Positions 52,380 to 64,000 of a DNA stretch of 64,000 bases are shown here, in pieces. The DNA is taken from assembly GCF_004010195.1 (NCBI RefSeq), contig NC_057750.1, positions 5,253,516 to 5,317,515 on the forward strand, written 5' to 3'. How positions within the stretch are numbered: position 1 is the stretch's first letter; every line of letters starts with the position of its first letter. Origin of the DNA: Chiloscyllium plagiosum (Eukaryota). The position numbers were made by a program, and so were the translations under genes. The notes under the pieces were generated by a model, which did not search any database, was not told the origin of the DNA, and saw only the letters and a list, made by a program, of their open reading frames with translations.

Positions 52380-52737
52380 TAGACAAAAGCTGACCCATCT
52401 AAAGTACTCGGACTATAGTATTTCCAGTCAATATTTGGAAAGTTAAAGACCTCCATAACAACTATCCTGTTACTCTCGCTCCTATCCAGAATTATCTTTG
52501 CTATTCTTTCCTCTACATCTCTGGAAGTATTCGGAGGCCTATAGAAAACTCCCTACAGGGTGACCTCTTCTTTCCTGTTTCTAACTTCAGCCCATACTAC
52601 CTCAATAGACGAGTCCTCAAATATCCTTTCTGCCACTGTAATACTGTCCTCGACTAATAATGCCACACCTCCCCCTCTTTTGCCATGTTTTCTCTTCTTA
52701 CTGAAACATCTAAATCCTGGAACCTGCAACAACCATT
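52380..52737 (-). mobile_element. CR1 endonuclease-region fragment
   Basis: Antisense to the same motifs as 63500-63900 (RGGGVA, WxEVRNRK). Confidence 0.75.
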
Positions 52738-53665
52738 CCTGTCACATTTCAACTCCCCCTCCCACTCTGCCGAGGATATGGAGGTGCTGGGCCTCCTCCA
52801 CCGCCGCTCCCTCACCACCAGGTGCCTGGAGGAAGAACGCCTCATCTTCCGCCTCGGAACACTTCAACCCCAGGGCATCAATGTGGATTTTAACAGTTTC
52901 CTCATTTCCCCTTCCCCCACCTCATCCTCGCTTCTAACCTCCAGCAACTCGATCCCTGACCTGTCCGGACTTGTCCGACCTGCCCAGCTCGTTTTCCACC
53001 TATCCACTCCACCCTCTCCTCCCTGACCTATCACCTTCATCTGCTCCCCCACTGACCTATTGTACTCTATGCTACTCTATCCCCACCTCCACCGTCCTCT
53101 AGCTTATCTCTCCACGCTTCAGACTCTCTGCCTTTATTCCTGATGAAGGGCTTTTGCCCGAAACGTCGATTTTGCCTGTCCTCGGATGCTGCCTGAATTG
53201 CTGTGCTCTTCCAGCACCACTGATCCAGAATCTGGTTTCCAGCATCTGCAGTCATTGTTTTTACTTACGAAGTTGATGAACTGTTCAACCTCCTTGTGGG
53301 AGCATGACGTGGCATCAATGCAGTCCTCAGTGTAGTGGAAGAAAAGGTGGGGAATGGTGCCAGAGTAACTACGGAAGATGGACTGTTCCACGTAATCGAC
53401 AAAGAGTGGCATATAGGGACTGGATTTTCATGGTGAAGATGAGGCCTCATCCAGTCCCTATACACCTCCATCCGCCTTGACCAGGGCCTCTCAGCTACCT
53501 TCCTCTCAGCCCCACCCCCCTCCCATTTATCTTACCACTCCCTCGGCTCACAGCCTCATTCCTGAAACGTTGACTCTCCTGCTCCTCGGATCCTGCCTGA
53601 CCTGCTGTGCTTTTCCAGCACCACACTCTCGACTCTAATCTCCAGCATCTGCAGTCCTCACTTGC
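52738..53665. mobile_element. Cluster of family-A PLE pieces: GIY-YIG C-terminus plus pLTR (+, to ~53265), RT fragment (-, ~53268-53430) and a second pLTR (+)
   Basis: HFNSPSHSAEDMEVLGLLH...LEEERLIFRLGTLQPQGINVDF (+) and LFVDYVEQSIF...FFHYTEDC...EQFINF (-). Confidence 0.85.
53137..53170 (+). ncRNA. Minimal hammerhead ribozyme motif downstream of the PLE GIY-YIG coding remnant
   Basis: ttc-CTGATGA-a-GGGC-tttt-GCCC-GAAA-cg-TC-gat. Confidence 0.72.
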
Positions 53666-54584
53666 ACCTATGAGACTTTCTGTCTCCATTTGGCAATTGA
53701 TTCCATCCCCCTTCCCCATTCAGTGCCAACTGTGACTCAGCAGATAGCACACGTGCCTCTGAGTCAAGAGATCATGAGTTTGATTCCACTCCAGCAACCT
53801 GAGCTCATTATCTGGGATAGCACAGGCAGAGCAATGCTGTGGTCAGATATATAGCCTTTCCAATGAAACCTCCTACAGTTTCACATGGTACTGTTTGAAG
53901 AAGAACAGGAGAATTTCCATTGAAGTTCTGGTCAATATGTATTCCTAATGAAGGGCTTATGCCTGAAACGTTGATTCTCCTGCTCCTCAGAGGCTGACTG
54001 ACCTGCTGTGCTTTTCCAGTGCCACACTTTTCGACTCAATATTTATCCCTCAATCAATCTAAGTGATCTGAGCATCAACACATTGTTGCCTATGAGACCT
54101 TGTTGTGCATTGTGTCTAGGTTTCTTTACACTAGGCCAGTGACTACATTTCAAGGAAGTATGTCATTGACTGTAAAGCTGAGGTGTTGACAAGTAGTTGT
54201 GTCTAACAGCATCACTCATTCTGAAAAGGTGCCTCTGACGCAGTGCCTTGCAGTGGTATCTGCATGATTTACAGTAAACCCTAATGAAGAGGTATATATT
54301 TATGTGCACTTTCTCTGGTTATTTTTGCCTTCTGCCCGGTTTCAGATAGGGAAGCAGAATTTAGTGCCATTGCGCAACAGAGTTAATGCATGACTGACAC
54401 TGTCAGTGTGTAACAATTTGATAATGAGTCACCCCAGCCATAGGTGAAAGTTTTGTTACTAAAATGAATATCCCTGCACATGACCCTGAGCGGAATAGAA
54501 TCATACAGCTCAGAAGAAGGCCATTCAACCCATTGTGTCTGTGCTGCACTTTTGAGCTAGTCCCTCTATATTCATTTTCTTTCC

Positions 54585-54776
54585 ATGATGTGGAGGTGCC
54601 GGTGTTGGCCTGGGGTGAACAATGTCACACGACACAGGTTATAGTCCACAGGTTTATTTGAGATCACAAGCTTTTGGAGTGCTGCCCCTTCTTCAGCTGA
54701 TGAAGGAACAGCACTCTGAAAGCTTGTGATTTCAAATAGACCTGTTGGACTATAACCTGTGTTGTGTGACTTCTGA
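54585..54776. mobile_element. Fold-back family-B PLE with two hammerhead cores back to back
   Basis: Centre ...cttcttcag|ctgatgaagg... and 12-bp TSD cattttctttcc at 54573-54584 / 54777-54788. Confidence 0.82.
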
Positions 54777-55059
54777 CATTTTCTTTCCTACAGTCCCTTT
54801 TGAGTATTTACCCAACTGCCTTTGAAAGTTCCGATTGGACGTGTTTCCACTGCCCTTTCAGGTAGTAGCTTCCGTATCGTAACAGCTTGCTGTTTTTTAC
54901 AAAAAAAATCTCTACAACTTTTGCCAATGATCTTCTGAGGCAGCAGTGACATAGTGGTAATGTCAGGATGATTTTCCTTAAAGAGATGGTTTCAAAACCC
55001 ACAGAGTTTAATGGTGTTTGAATTCGGTTCAAGAATCTAGTTCACGTTAGTAATGTTGG

Positions 55060-55390
55060 CCATGGGATGGCTCACCGCCAGGGACCCAGGTTTGATTCCA
55101 CTCTCAGGGGACTGTCTGTGTGGAGATTGCACATTCACCCCCGTATCTACGTGGGTTTCCGTTGGCTGCTCCGGATTCCTCCTGCAGTCCAAAGATACAG
55201 GTCATGGTGCATTGGACATGCAAAATTACCCATAGTGTCCAGGGATATGCAGGCTAAATGGGTTAGCCATGGGAAATGCAGGGTTATAAGATAGGGGGTG
55301 GATTCAGGTGGGCTGATCTTCTGGACAGTCAGAGGGGACCCGATGGGTTGAATGGCCTGCTTCCGCACTGCAAGGATTCTGTGATTCTAT
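55060..55390 (+). mobile_element. V-SINE (HE1-like), degenerate
   Basis: V core and 3' tail match the other copies. Confidence 0.78.
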
Positions 55391-55837
55391 TTGTGTCCCT
55401 CTGATTGCCTCCTGCCACTAGAAACTGTTCGTTCTTATTTACTCAATGAACACCACTGGTGGAAGCACAGGACTTAGAAGCCAAATAAGAACATTCAGAA
55501 GCTCCTCAAGTCTGCTCTGCCATTCAATAAGATCATGACTGACCCACTATGTGGCTGCAACTCCTCTGTCCTGCCTGGTTCCCCAGAATCCTCAACTCAC
55601 TTGGTCTATCAAACTCAGCTTTGAATAAAAAACAAGTCTGCCTCCACTTACCTTCTGGGGAAGAGAATTCCATTGATTAATGAGACTCTCCGAGAGAAAT
55701 AAATTATCCCCACCTCCATCTTAAATGGTGAGGGGAATCCTTATTTTCATATTGTGTCCCCTAGTTCTAACCTTCTCCACACGAGGAAACATTCAGCCAG
55801 TACCTTTCTTGTCAAGTCCCCTCAGGATCTGATATGA

Positions 55838-56150
55838 TTAGATTAGGTTAGATTAGATTAGATTACTTACAGTGTGGAAACAGGCCCTTCGGCCCAACAA
55901 GTCCACACCGACCCTCCGAAGAGCAACCCACCCAGACCCATTCCCCTACATTTACCCCTTCACCTAACACTACGGGCAATTTAGCAAGGCCAATTCACCT
56001 AACCTGCACATTTTTGGAAACCGGAGCACCCGGAGGAATCCCACGCAGATGCGGGGAGAATGTGCAAACTCCACACAGATAGTTGCCTGAGGCGGGAATT
56101 TAACCTGGGTCTCTGGCCCTGTGAGGCAGCAGTGCTAACCATGCTGCCTT
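55838..56150 (-). mobile_element. V-SINE (HE1-like) with (ATTAG)n tail; a further head fragment lies at ~59950-60030
   Basis: tRNA head and V core on the minus strand, with a ttagattagattag microsatellite tail. Confidence 0.85.
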
Positions 56151-59139
56151 CTAAACTCCAATGGAAAGGGTCCAGCCTGTCCAACCTTCATAGAATGACC
56201 CCAACATCTCAGGTTTCTCCTTAACATACATTTGCTTTTTGTTCTATCAACATACAACTTGCTGTAGCTTCACTCCCAATTATATCATGCATTTTCCTAT
56301 TTAGGTTTCCACCGGCTATTGGCCTTTCTGGAACTTTCCAGTTATGACTTGTGCCTTGTAGATGGGTGGAGCAGGCTTTGGGGAGTCAAACTTGAAAAGT
56401 ACAAACACTGGAGGATTAATTGGAGAGGTCTTGCAAAGGGTTGGCACACTCACAGAAGGACTGAATAGTCTCACCTACTATTACACGATTCTACAGTCAT
56501 CAAACTGCTCCCTCTGTCTCACTAACCCCGCTTTAATTTAAAAGTTGGAATGCTACTTTTTGACTAATGGACGTAAAATTCAACTTTGAAAAGGCTGGTA
56601 TGTTTAAACTTTCTGTCTCAAGGTCCACGGATGGAGTTTAACTGTGTAGGACGAAAGCTTCGTAGAAATATGAAATAAATATTGTTGCATTGGTTTTAAG
56701 GTGATGATGGAAGTGAAAGTGTGGGTGTTCTATGTGAAGGAATGGAACCATCAATAGACCTACAAAAGGAAGTTATTTGGAAAAACAACAAACCTCTAGG
56801 TTGATAAGTTGAAGCGGAAAAGCCAAGATGCTGGTTATAACATTTCATTTCTTGTTGAATAAGCAAATTGTACCTTTGCGTTCAAAAATAACCAACAATA
56901 TACCTTTGTCGAGGAAGGGAGTACAGAAAACACTTGCATTGATGCATGACAACCCAATTTCTTCTATTTTTCATTCATGGGATGAGGGCATCGCTGGCTA
57001 TTGACTATTCCTAATTGCCCCAGAGGGCATTTAAGAGTCAACCCCATCGGTGTTGATCTGGAGTCACGTGTAGGCCAGACCAAGTAAGGATAGCAGTTTC
57101 CTTCCCTAAAGGATATTAGTGAACCAGATGGGTTTTCCTGACAATCAGCAATGAATTCGGAGTCATCATTAGGCTCTGTGTTTTTTAAATGAATTCAAAT
57201 TCCACCATCTGCTGTGGCAGGATTCAAACCCAAGTCTCCAGAAACTTTTGGGTCTCTGGGTTAACAGTGTAGTGATAATACTACTAAGCCATAATGAAGG
57301 GTTTTTGATGTGTAGACTCTATTCTGACACTTAAAGTATAACAGCCAATTTGGACACAGCAAGCGCCCACAGTGATTGGTTCATTTTTTCATGCGTCGTG
57401 AGGGATAAATCAGAATGTCAAGAACAACGTCATTGCTCCTCAAGGTAGTACCACAGGATCTTCTTCATGGGAGAGGTTGGGACTTAGAATAGAAAACCAA
57501 TCTCGAAATCCTGCTGGCTCTGAAGCAGAACCTCAGGTTATTGGTGGAGAATGTCCCAAGTAAGGTCTCAGTAGGTGTGATAGTTTTGGGATTTGTAACC
57601 AGTCAGATGCACTGAGAATTAGGATTGCACAAGTGGCCAAACTTGGATCCTTTATTACTTATTATTCCTTTCCCAGCAGATTCTGTCTCTACTAGTGCAC
57701 GTGATTAGTGAACCCGTCTGGTTCACCAATGTCCTTTAGGAAAGGAGACTGTCATCCTTACCTGGTCTGGCCTACACGTGACTCCAGACCAACACCGATG
57801 GGGTTGACTCTTAAGTTCCCTCTGGGGCAATTAGGGATGGGCAATAGCCAGTGATGCCCTCATCCCATGAGTGAAACTTCATAGGAACAAAGTACACCAT
57901 GCAATTTTCCGCACACTTCAACAATGCATGCAGAGGGCAGCACAATTGTCTGCAGGAATCTTGATTGCTTGATTTATTGTTGTCACATGTACCGAGATAC
58001 AGTGAAAAGTGTTGTTTTTGTGTGCTCTACAGGCAGATCGTATCATACAAAGTGCATCAGGGTAGCAGAACATAGTGCAGAATACAGTCTTACAGCTGCA
58101 GAGAAGGTGCAAAGAGAGAGAGATCAGAATTAATATTTGAGAGGGCCATTCAAAAGTCTGATAGCAGCAGGGGAGAAGCTCTTCTTGAATCTGTTCGTAT
58201 ATGCATTCAAACTTTATATCTTCTGTCCAATGGAAGAGGATGGAAGAGAGTATTACAGGGTCGGAGGGGTGTTGGGTGAAGTGGGAGGAAACAGCTAGGA
58301 TCCCTTGTATTGCTGCTCAGCAACGGGGGAGAGGGTGGACCTGCTCAAGAGGTGAATGGTCTCTTCTAGTTTCAAGGCACCTACATTCTTTACTGGTTGT
58401 CTCATTCTGAATTAAGGGACACCCTTGTTAGGATTTCTTAGTAAGGAAATGTTATCCAGTCGTTCCTCCTCAGGAGGAGAGTCTGATGACACTAACTTCT
58501 CTTGGTAATATACCTCTCAGGACCACAAGAACGTAATGGTCCCAGTAGAGACATCCTTCGACTGTGAAACTGTGCACAGCACAGTTGCTGGTTGGTCAGT
58601 GTTAATGTGGAAAGTCCCATCATGAACATGTCTTGAGTCTGATATAACATCTGGGCTAATTTACTCTGATGGGACTTTTAGTTCTTAGGCTATTGGATAC
58701 CAGGCAAGTCTTCAAATGACAAAATGTCCTCCTCAGCCACCAGGCCTCCTGAGATTATAACTCCTGAATTAACAAAATGTGAGTCAGTCATTCAACAGCG
58801 GTGCTGGGGGAGGGCATGTGTAGGTCATGCAGTAGTGACTCATGAAATATTTCAAATAAAGTTCTGTGTTGAATACACATTTGAAATATAAGTTCCTACT
58901 GTGCAGTGTAAATGAGAATCCGCACGCGCTGTTTCAGTAACGGGATGACTCTTGGTAAAGTACAACATCACGTCCACTTGCCAGATATTACAGCGATGAA
59001 ATGTACTACACACATCCACTGAGTAGAGAGAGAACGCTCTCATTACTGGTAACATCACATTCTGCCCCAAATCGTAAATGTCCTTAGTTTGCAAAAAGTG
59101 AGCATTTTCTCACATACAATAATTAAGCTGTCCACTTAC

Positions 59140-59725
59140 AATCATAGAGATGTACAGCACGGAAACAGATCCTACGGTCCAACTTGTCCATGCCAACCAG
59201 ATATCCTAAATTAATCTAGTCCCATTTGCCAGCATTTGGCCCATGTCCCTCTAAGCCCTTCCTATTCATATACCCATCCAGATGCCTTTGAAAAGCTGTA
59301 ATTGTACCAGCCTTCAACAGCTCATTCCATGCACGCACCACCCTCTGCGTGAAAAATTTCCTCCAAGTCCCTTTTAAATCTTGTCCCTCTCACCTCAAAC
59401 CTATGCCCTCCAGTTTTGGACTCCCCTACCCAGGGGAAAGACTTTGTCTATTTAGCCAATCCATGCCCCTTATGATTTTATAAACCTCTATAAGGTCACC
59501 CTCCAGTGAGAATAGCCCTGCCTATTCAGCCTCTCCCTGTACCTCAAGCCCTCCAGTCCAAGCAACATCCTTGTAAATCTTTTCTGCACCCTTTCAAGTT
59601 TAACAATTTCCTTCCTTTGCAAAGGTGACCAGAATTGTATGCCATATTCTAAAAGTGGCCTCATCCATGCTTTTTACGGCTGCAGTGTGACATCCCAACT
59701 CTAATATTCAGTTCTGACCAATGAA
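59140..59725 (-). mobile_element. CR1 LINE 3' end
   Basis: Reverse complement of the 3' part of the CR1 at 38960-40325. Confidence 0.88.
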
Positions 59726-62700
59726 TAAACGCAAATGTCCAGGCTGAGACACCCAGTGTCTGTACCAGAGGAGCTGTGACATTGAATTGTAGTCCCTTCT
59801 ATCTTCTAATGGGAAGGTAAATAAAGCAAAAAATCACATAGCTCCAATGAAAAGGAGGGCAAGAACATTCTGACTCCATGACCGAGAAAATATGGTCTGA
59901 GAGAAAGTGAAGATAAGCAGATGCAGGAGGGTCCAAGTCGAAAAGTACAGCAGACAGTCACCCGAGGGTGGAATCGAACCGGGGTCCCTGGCACTGTAAG
60001 GCAGCAGTACTGACCAGTGAGCCACCCTGCTAGTCTTAAGACCCACGGACTGCTACAGTCTAGAATGAGAGTCTTGAAAATATGTGGGCCTGAAGACATG
60101 AAAAAGATAGTTTAGTCCTTATCAAATGTAATTATAAGATCAGAGCCTGGTGTAGCTAAGATTACCATATATTGCAATATTTAATATTAATGTGTAATAA
60201 CTAGCTTTACTTTGATGTCTAAGCCTGGAGACAGTTCTTCACTTTGCCTTCTTCTTGCCCAGTCTGTGAAGAATAAAAGAACAAGTGTAGCTACAACAAG
60301 CAACAATTTTCCCTCCAAGCTGCATGGCCATACAGATGCTGGGATGCTCTGCAGGCACTGATCAGCGCGTCAAAGAAAGGCTTCTGCTTCTAGAACCCAC
60401 TGCAGTGCATGGACTTCGGTCTGCACAGTGGCAAAACAATTCACAGGCAACACTGGGTGGCTGACATATGAGCTTCCCATCAACATTACGTTTCCCTCCA
60501 AAGTCACACAGACCCCATCCCAACTTAGGGTATAGATCATTCATTGTTTCATTGTTGCTGGGTCAAAATCATGGAAGTCCCACAACATTTAAAAGGCATT
60601 TGGGTTTATGAGTAAAAGGTTTAGAGGGATATGGGCCAAGTGCTGGCAAATGGGTCGAGATTAATTTAGGATATCTGAAGAGTCTGTTTCCGTATCGTAC
60701 AACTCCATGACTCTAACCTAAAGGAAAATAAAGACTGAACTTGCATTTATGTAGCACTTCCACAACCCTAGGAAGTCCCAAATCTACAGCTGTACAAAGC
60801 CCGAGTTAGTCCACTTTTGACGACTCTCAGAGTTCTGGATTTCAGGAAGAACATATTGGCCTTGGAGAGAGTTAATGAAGATATACATGGGACTCCAAGC
60901 GTTTGGATGCAAGGTGAGAGGAAACAAATCAGAATTGTCATCCCTGGAATTCAGATGGTTTCCAAGATATTCAGAGAAACTGTTGGAGTTAAACTGGGAA
61001 AAATTATTTCCATTGGTTTAGGAGTTTAGGACGAGGACCCAGAGTCTAAAATTTAGAACCAAGTGTGAAATTAGGAAACACTTAAATGCACAGAGGGTGC
61101 TGGACATTTGGAACTCTTTTCCACAAATAATTGGTGATCGATCAATTAATAATTGCAAAACAGAAATTTTGATAGATTTTCATGAACTGGAGGTATATAT
61201 ACAGAGCAACCATAAACTCAGTGGATGGTGGCACTGGCCCATAGGACTGAATGGCCTACTTTTGTTCCCATGTCCCTGAGCACTTTACAAGCATTTGCAA
61301 ACATTTGAGGTATGGTCCTCACTTAATGTGAGGACAATGCAAGTGGGAAATGTAAAGTTTCCCAGCCTTGGCAGTTGGGAATGTCAGTGGTTAGGGGACA
61401 GGATGGGGCCCACACTCTATAGCTCAGACACCCTCCTGAAGGTTATTGACAACCACTCAAAGAGAATCATTGGTCAAAAGCACAGGCCACAGGCCATACA
61501 TTTCATTTAGTCATAAGAAGTGAGAACTGAAATGTCAGCTCTCATCTCACCTACAGCTTGGACTTTCCCTAGTCAGTGTCTGACATCTCCTAAATTCTAG
61601 TTTTGCTATGATGTGCCTCTCGCTGATCAGTCCAGCAGAATAAAACGAAAAGGACTTCCACTGATATAAAGCTTTTCACAGCATCAGAACAACCCAAAGC
61701 ATTTGGCAGCCCCATGATGTGATATTGCAGCGTTGTCACGGTGGTTACGTAGGAAACATTTGCACATAGCAAGATCCCACAAACTCACAAGTTGCAAAGC
61801 TATCATGACCAGATCATCTTCATTTTTAATGAATATTAAAATATTAAAATCAGGAGAAGAATAGGCTGCTTGGCCCCTCAAGTGACTGATGTACTGTTCA
61901 CAAGACCATGGGCTGATTGGGGCTTCAACTCCACGTTCCTGCCTGATAACCTTTGACTTCCCTGTCAGTCAAGGATCTACCTTAGGAATATCCAATGATT
62001 CCATCTCCACCACCCTCTGGGGAAGACAGTGGAGTCCTCAACCAGCCGTGATCTTGCAACCATCAGAGCTACCTTGAATGGCCTCCCAGCATCCTGCTGC
62101 CATCACATGATAACCAGCCAATTGCAGACTCAAAGATGAAGTGGTTGGCCAGTTGTGCAGAGGGGACTGTCAGACAGTCACCAATCCCATCATCACCTCA
62201 CAGGGCTGAAGGTCCAAGCGCCATGTTTGAAGGGTATGTGGGTGGGGATTCATTGCCTGCAATTCAAGAGCTGCTTTGATGATGGCTCTTTATTGATTCT
62301 TCTTCAAAACAGCAACATTTCCCATTTGCCAATGATGGCAACTCCACCAAGAGGCTCTCCTCTTTGTAATCTGATACCTTTTAACCCAGCAGGGAGCCCT
62401 GCACAATGCAACAGCCACATATTGGTCTCCATCCACAACATTGTGGACATCTCCATCCTTGACCTTCCACTGCAGAGACCTGTTTGTATTGTCCCTGGGC
62501 AGTGCTGTAGTGTCTGTAACTGGACAGCCTCATAAACTTGATACAGTATCATACAGGATATGATGACATCTATCGCTTGATACAGCAGTTGGAATGCGTT
62601 AGTAGAAACGCATTCTGCATTGTGTATGTAGAAACATAAAGACATCGAAAATAGGTGCAGGCCACTTGGCCCTTTGAGCCTGTACCACCTTTCGATATGA

Positions 62701-62884
62701 TCGTGGCTGACCATGCAATCTCAGTATCCCACTCCCACTTTCACTCCATACCCCTCAATCCCTTTAGCTGCAAGGGCCATATCCAGCTCCCTCCTGAATA
62801 TATCTAATGAATCAGCTTTCTGTGGGAGAGAATTCCACAGGTTCACAACTCTCTGAGTGAAGAAATTCTTACTCATCCCAGTCT

Positions 62885-63240
62885 AACTTGATTGAGTTTT
62901 TTGAAGAAGCAATGAAGAGGATTAATGAGGGCAGAGCACTGGACATGACCTATATGGTCTTCAGTAAAGCGTTCAACAAGGTTCCTCACAGTAGACTGGT
63001 TAGCAAGATTAGATCACATGGAATACATGGAGAACTAGCCATTTGGATGCAGAACTGGCTCAAAGGTAGAAGACAGAGAGTGGTGGTGGAGGGTTGCTTT
63101 TCAGACAGGTTAGGAAGGGTTTACAGGCTTAGGGGCTAAGTGCTGGCAAATGGGATGAGATTAATTTAGGATATCTGGTCGATTTGGACAAGTTGGACCA
63201 GAAGGATCTGTTTCTGTGCTATACAGCTCTATGACTCTTG
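62885..63240 (+). mobile_element. Internally deleted CR1 (RT piece fused to tail) within an antisense CR1-tail fragment (~62630-63315)
   Basis: IEFFEE...FSKAFNKVPHSRLVSKI...WLKGRRQRVVVEG joins directly to tail sequence. Confidence 0.8.
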
Positions 63241-63317
63241 AATGGCTTACCTGTTATTCTTAGACTGTGACCCCTAGTTCTGGACCTCCCCAACATAGGG
63301 AACACTCTTGCCACATG

Positions 63318-64000
63318 AATTGGAAGGGGATTAATAAACTGGCAGGGAGATTTGCTAAAGCTGCTCGGGAGGATTTAAATTAGTAAAGTGGGAGTTGGGA
63401 CCCAGGGAGATAGTGAGGAAAGAGATCAATCTGAGACTGGTACAGTTGAGAACAGAAGTGAATCAAGATCAGGGCAGGCAGGACAAAGCAGAGAACATGG
63501 CAGCACTGATAAATTAAACTGCATTTATTTCAATGCAAGGAGCCTAACAGGGAAGGCAGATGAACTCAGGGCATGGTTAGGAACATGGGACTGGGATACC
63601 ATAGCAATTACAAAAATGTGGCTCAGAGATGGGCAGGACTGGCAGCTTAATGTTCCAGGATACAAATGTGACAAGAAGGATAGAAAGGGAGGCAAGAGAG
63701 GAGGGGGAGTGGCGTTTTTGATAAAGGATAGCATTACAGCTGTGCTGAGGGAGGATATTCCCCGAAATACATCCAGGGAAGCTATTTGGGTGGAACTAAG
63801 AAATAAGAAAAGGATGATCACCGTATTGGGGTTGTACTATAGAGCCCTGAATAGTCAGCAGGAGATTTCAGTTATCTGTAAGAATAATAGGGTGACTATG
63901 GTCGTGGATTTTAACTTTCCCAAACATAGATTGGGACTGCCGTAGTATTAAGGTTTAGATAGGAATTTGTTAAGTGTGTACAACAAACTTTTCTGATTCA
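63318..64000 (+). mobile_element. CR1 LINE ORF1 end / ORF2 apurinic endonuclease start
   Basis: LNCIYFNARSL...DTIAITKMWL...RKGGKRGGGVAFLIK...EAIWVELRN...GLYYR...VDFNFP. Confidence 0.92.

Noticed and set aside
62155..62714. 126-aa and 136-aa ORFs on opposite strands
   Set aside because: No recognisable domain or convincing splice sites. The minus ORF begins inside a CR1-tail repeat.
1..64000. CRISPR arrays, operons or prokaryotic defence systems
   Set aside because: The DNA is vertebrate (spliceosomal introns, LINEs, SINEs). The palindromic repeats are dispersed TEs with TSDs, not regularly spaced repeat-spacer arrays.

Overview
Eukaryotic, repeat-dense vertebrate DNA. It is almost certainly from a shark or other elasmobranch, judged from V-SINE/HE1-type SINEs and shark-type CR1 LINEs. 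The only clear gene is the 5' half of a BTBD7-like gene (BTB-BTB-BACK) on the minus strand. Its parts are a CpG-island promoter with a putative non-coding exon 1 at about 37.0-37.3 kb and coding exons at 26648-26567, 19934-18870, 12902-12694 and 2101-2026; the gene continues off the left edge. The protein looks clearly diverged from canonical BTBD7 and may be a paralogue. Most of the rest is CR1/L2 fragments, SINEs, TA-flanked DNA-transposon derivatives and many Penelope-like element (PLE) pieces. The most notable patterns are: (1) at least four PLE-derived families carry minimal hammerhead ribozyme motifs with co-varying stems, often as short TSD-flanked fold-back insertions whose 5' boundary sits at the ribozyme core; (2) a ~540-bp inverted duplication brackets the gene's promoter and exon 1 and contains an internal 32-bp micro-inversion; (3) four out-of-frame uATGs lie in the 110 nt before the start codon. 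Boundaries of repeats without TSDs are approximate, and family names come from motif recognition, not database searches.
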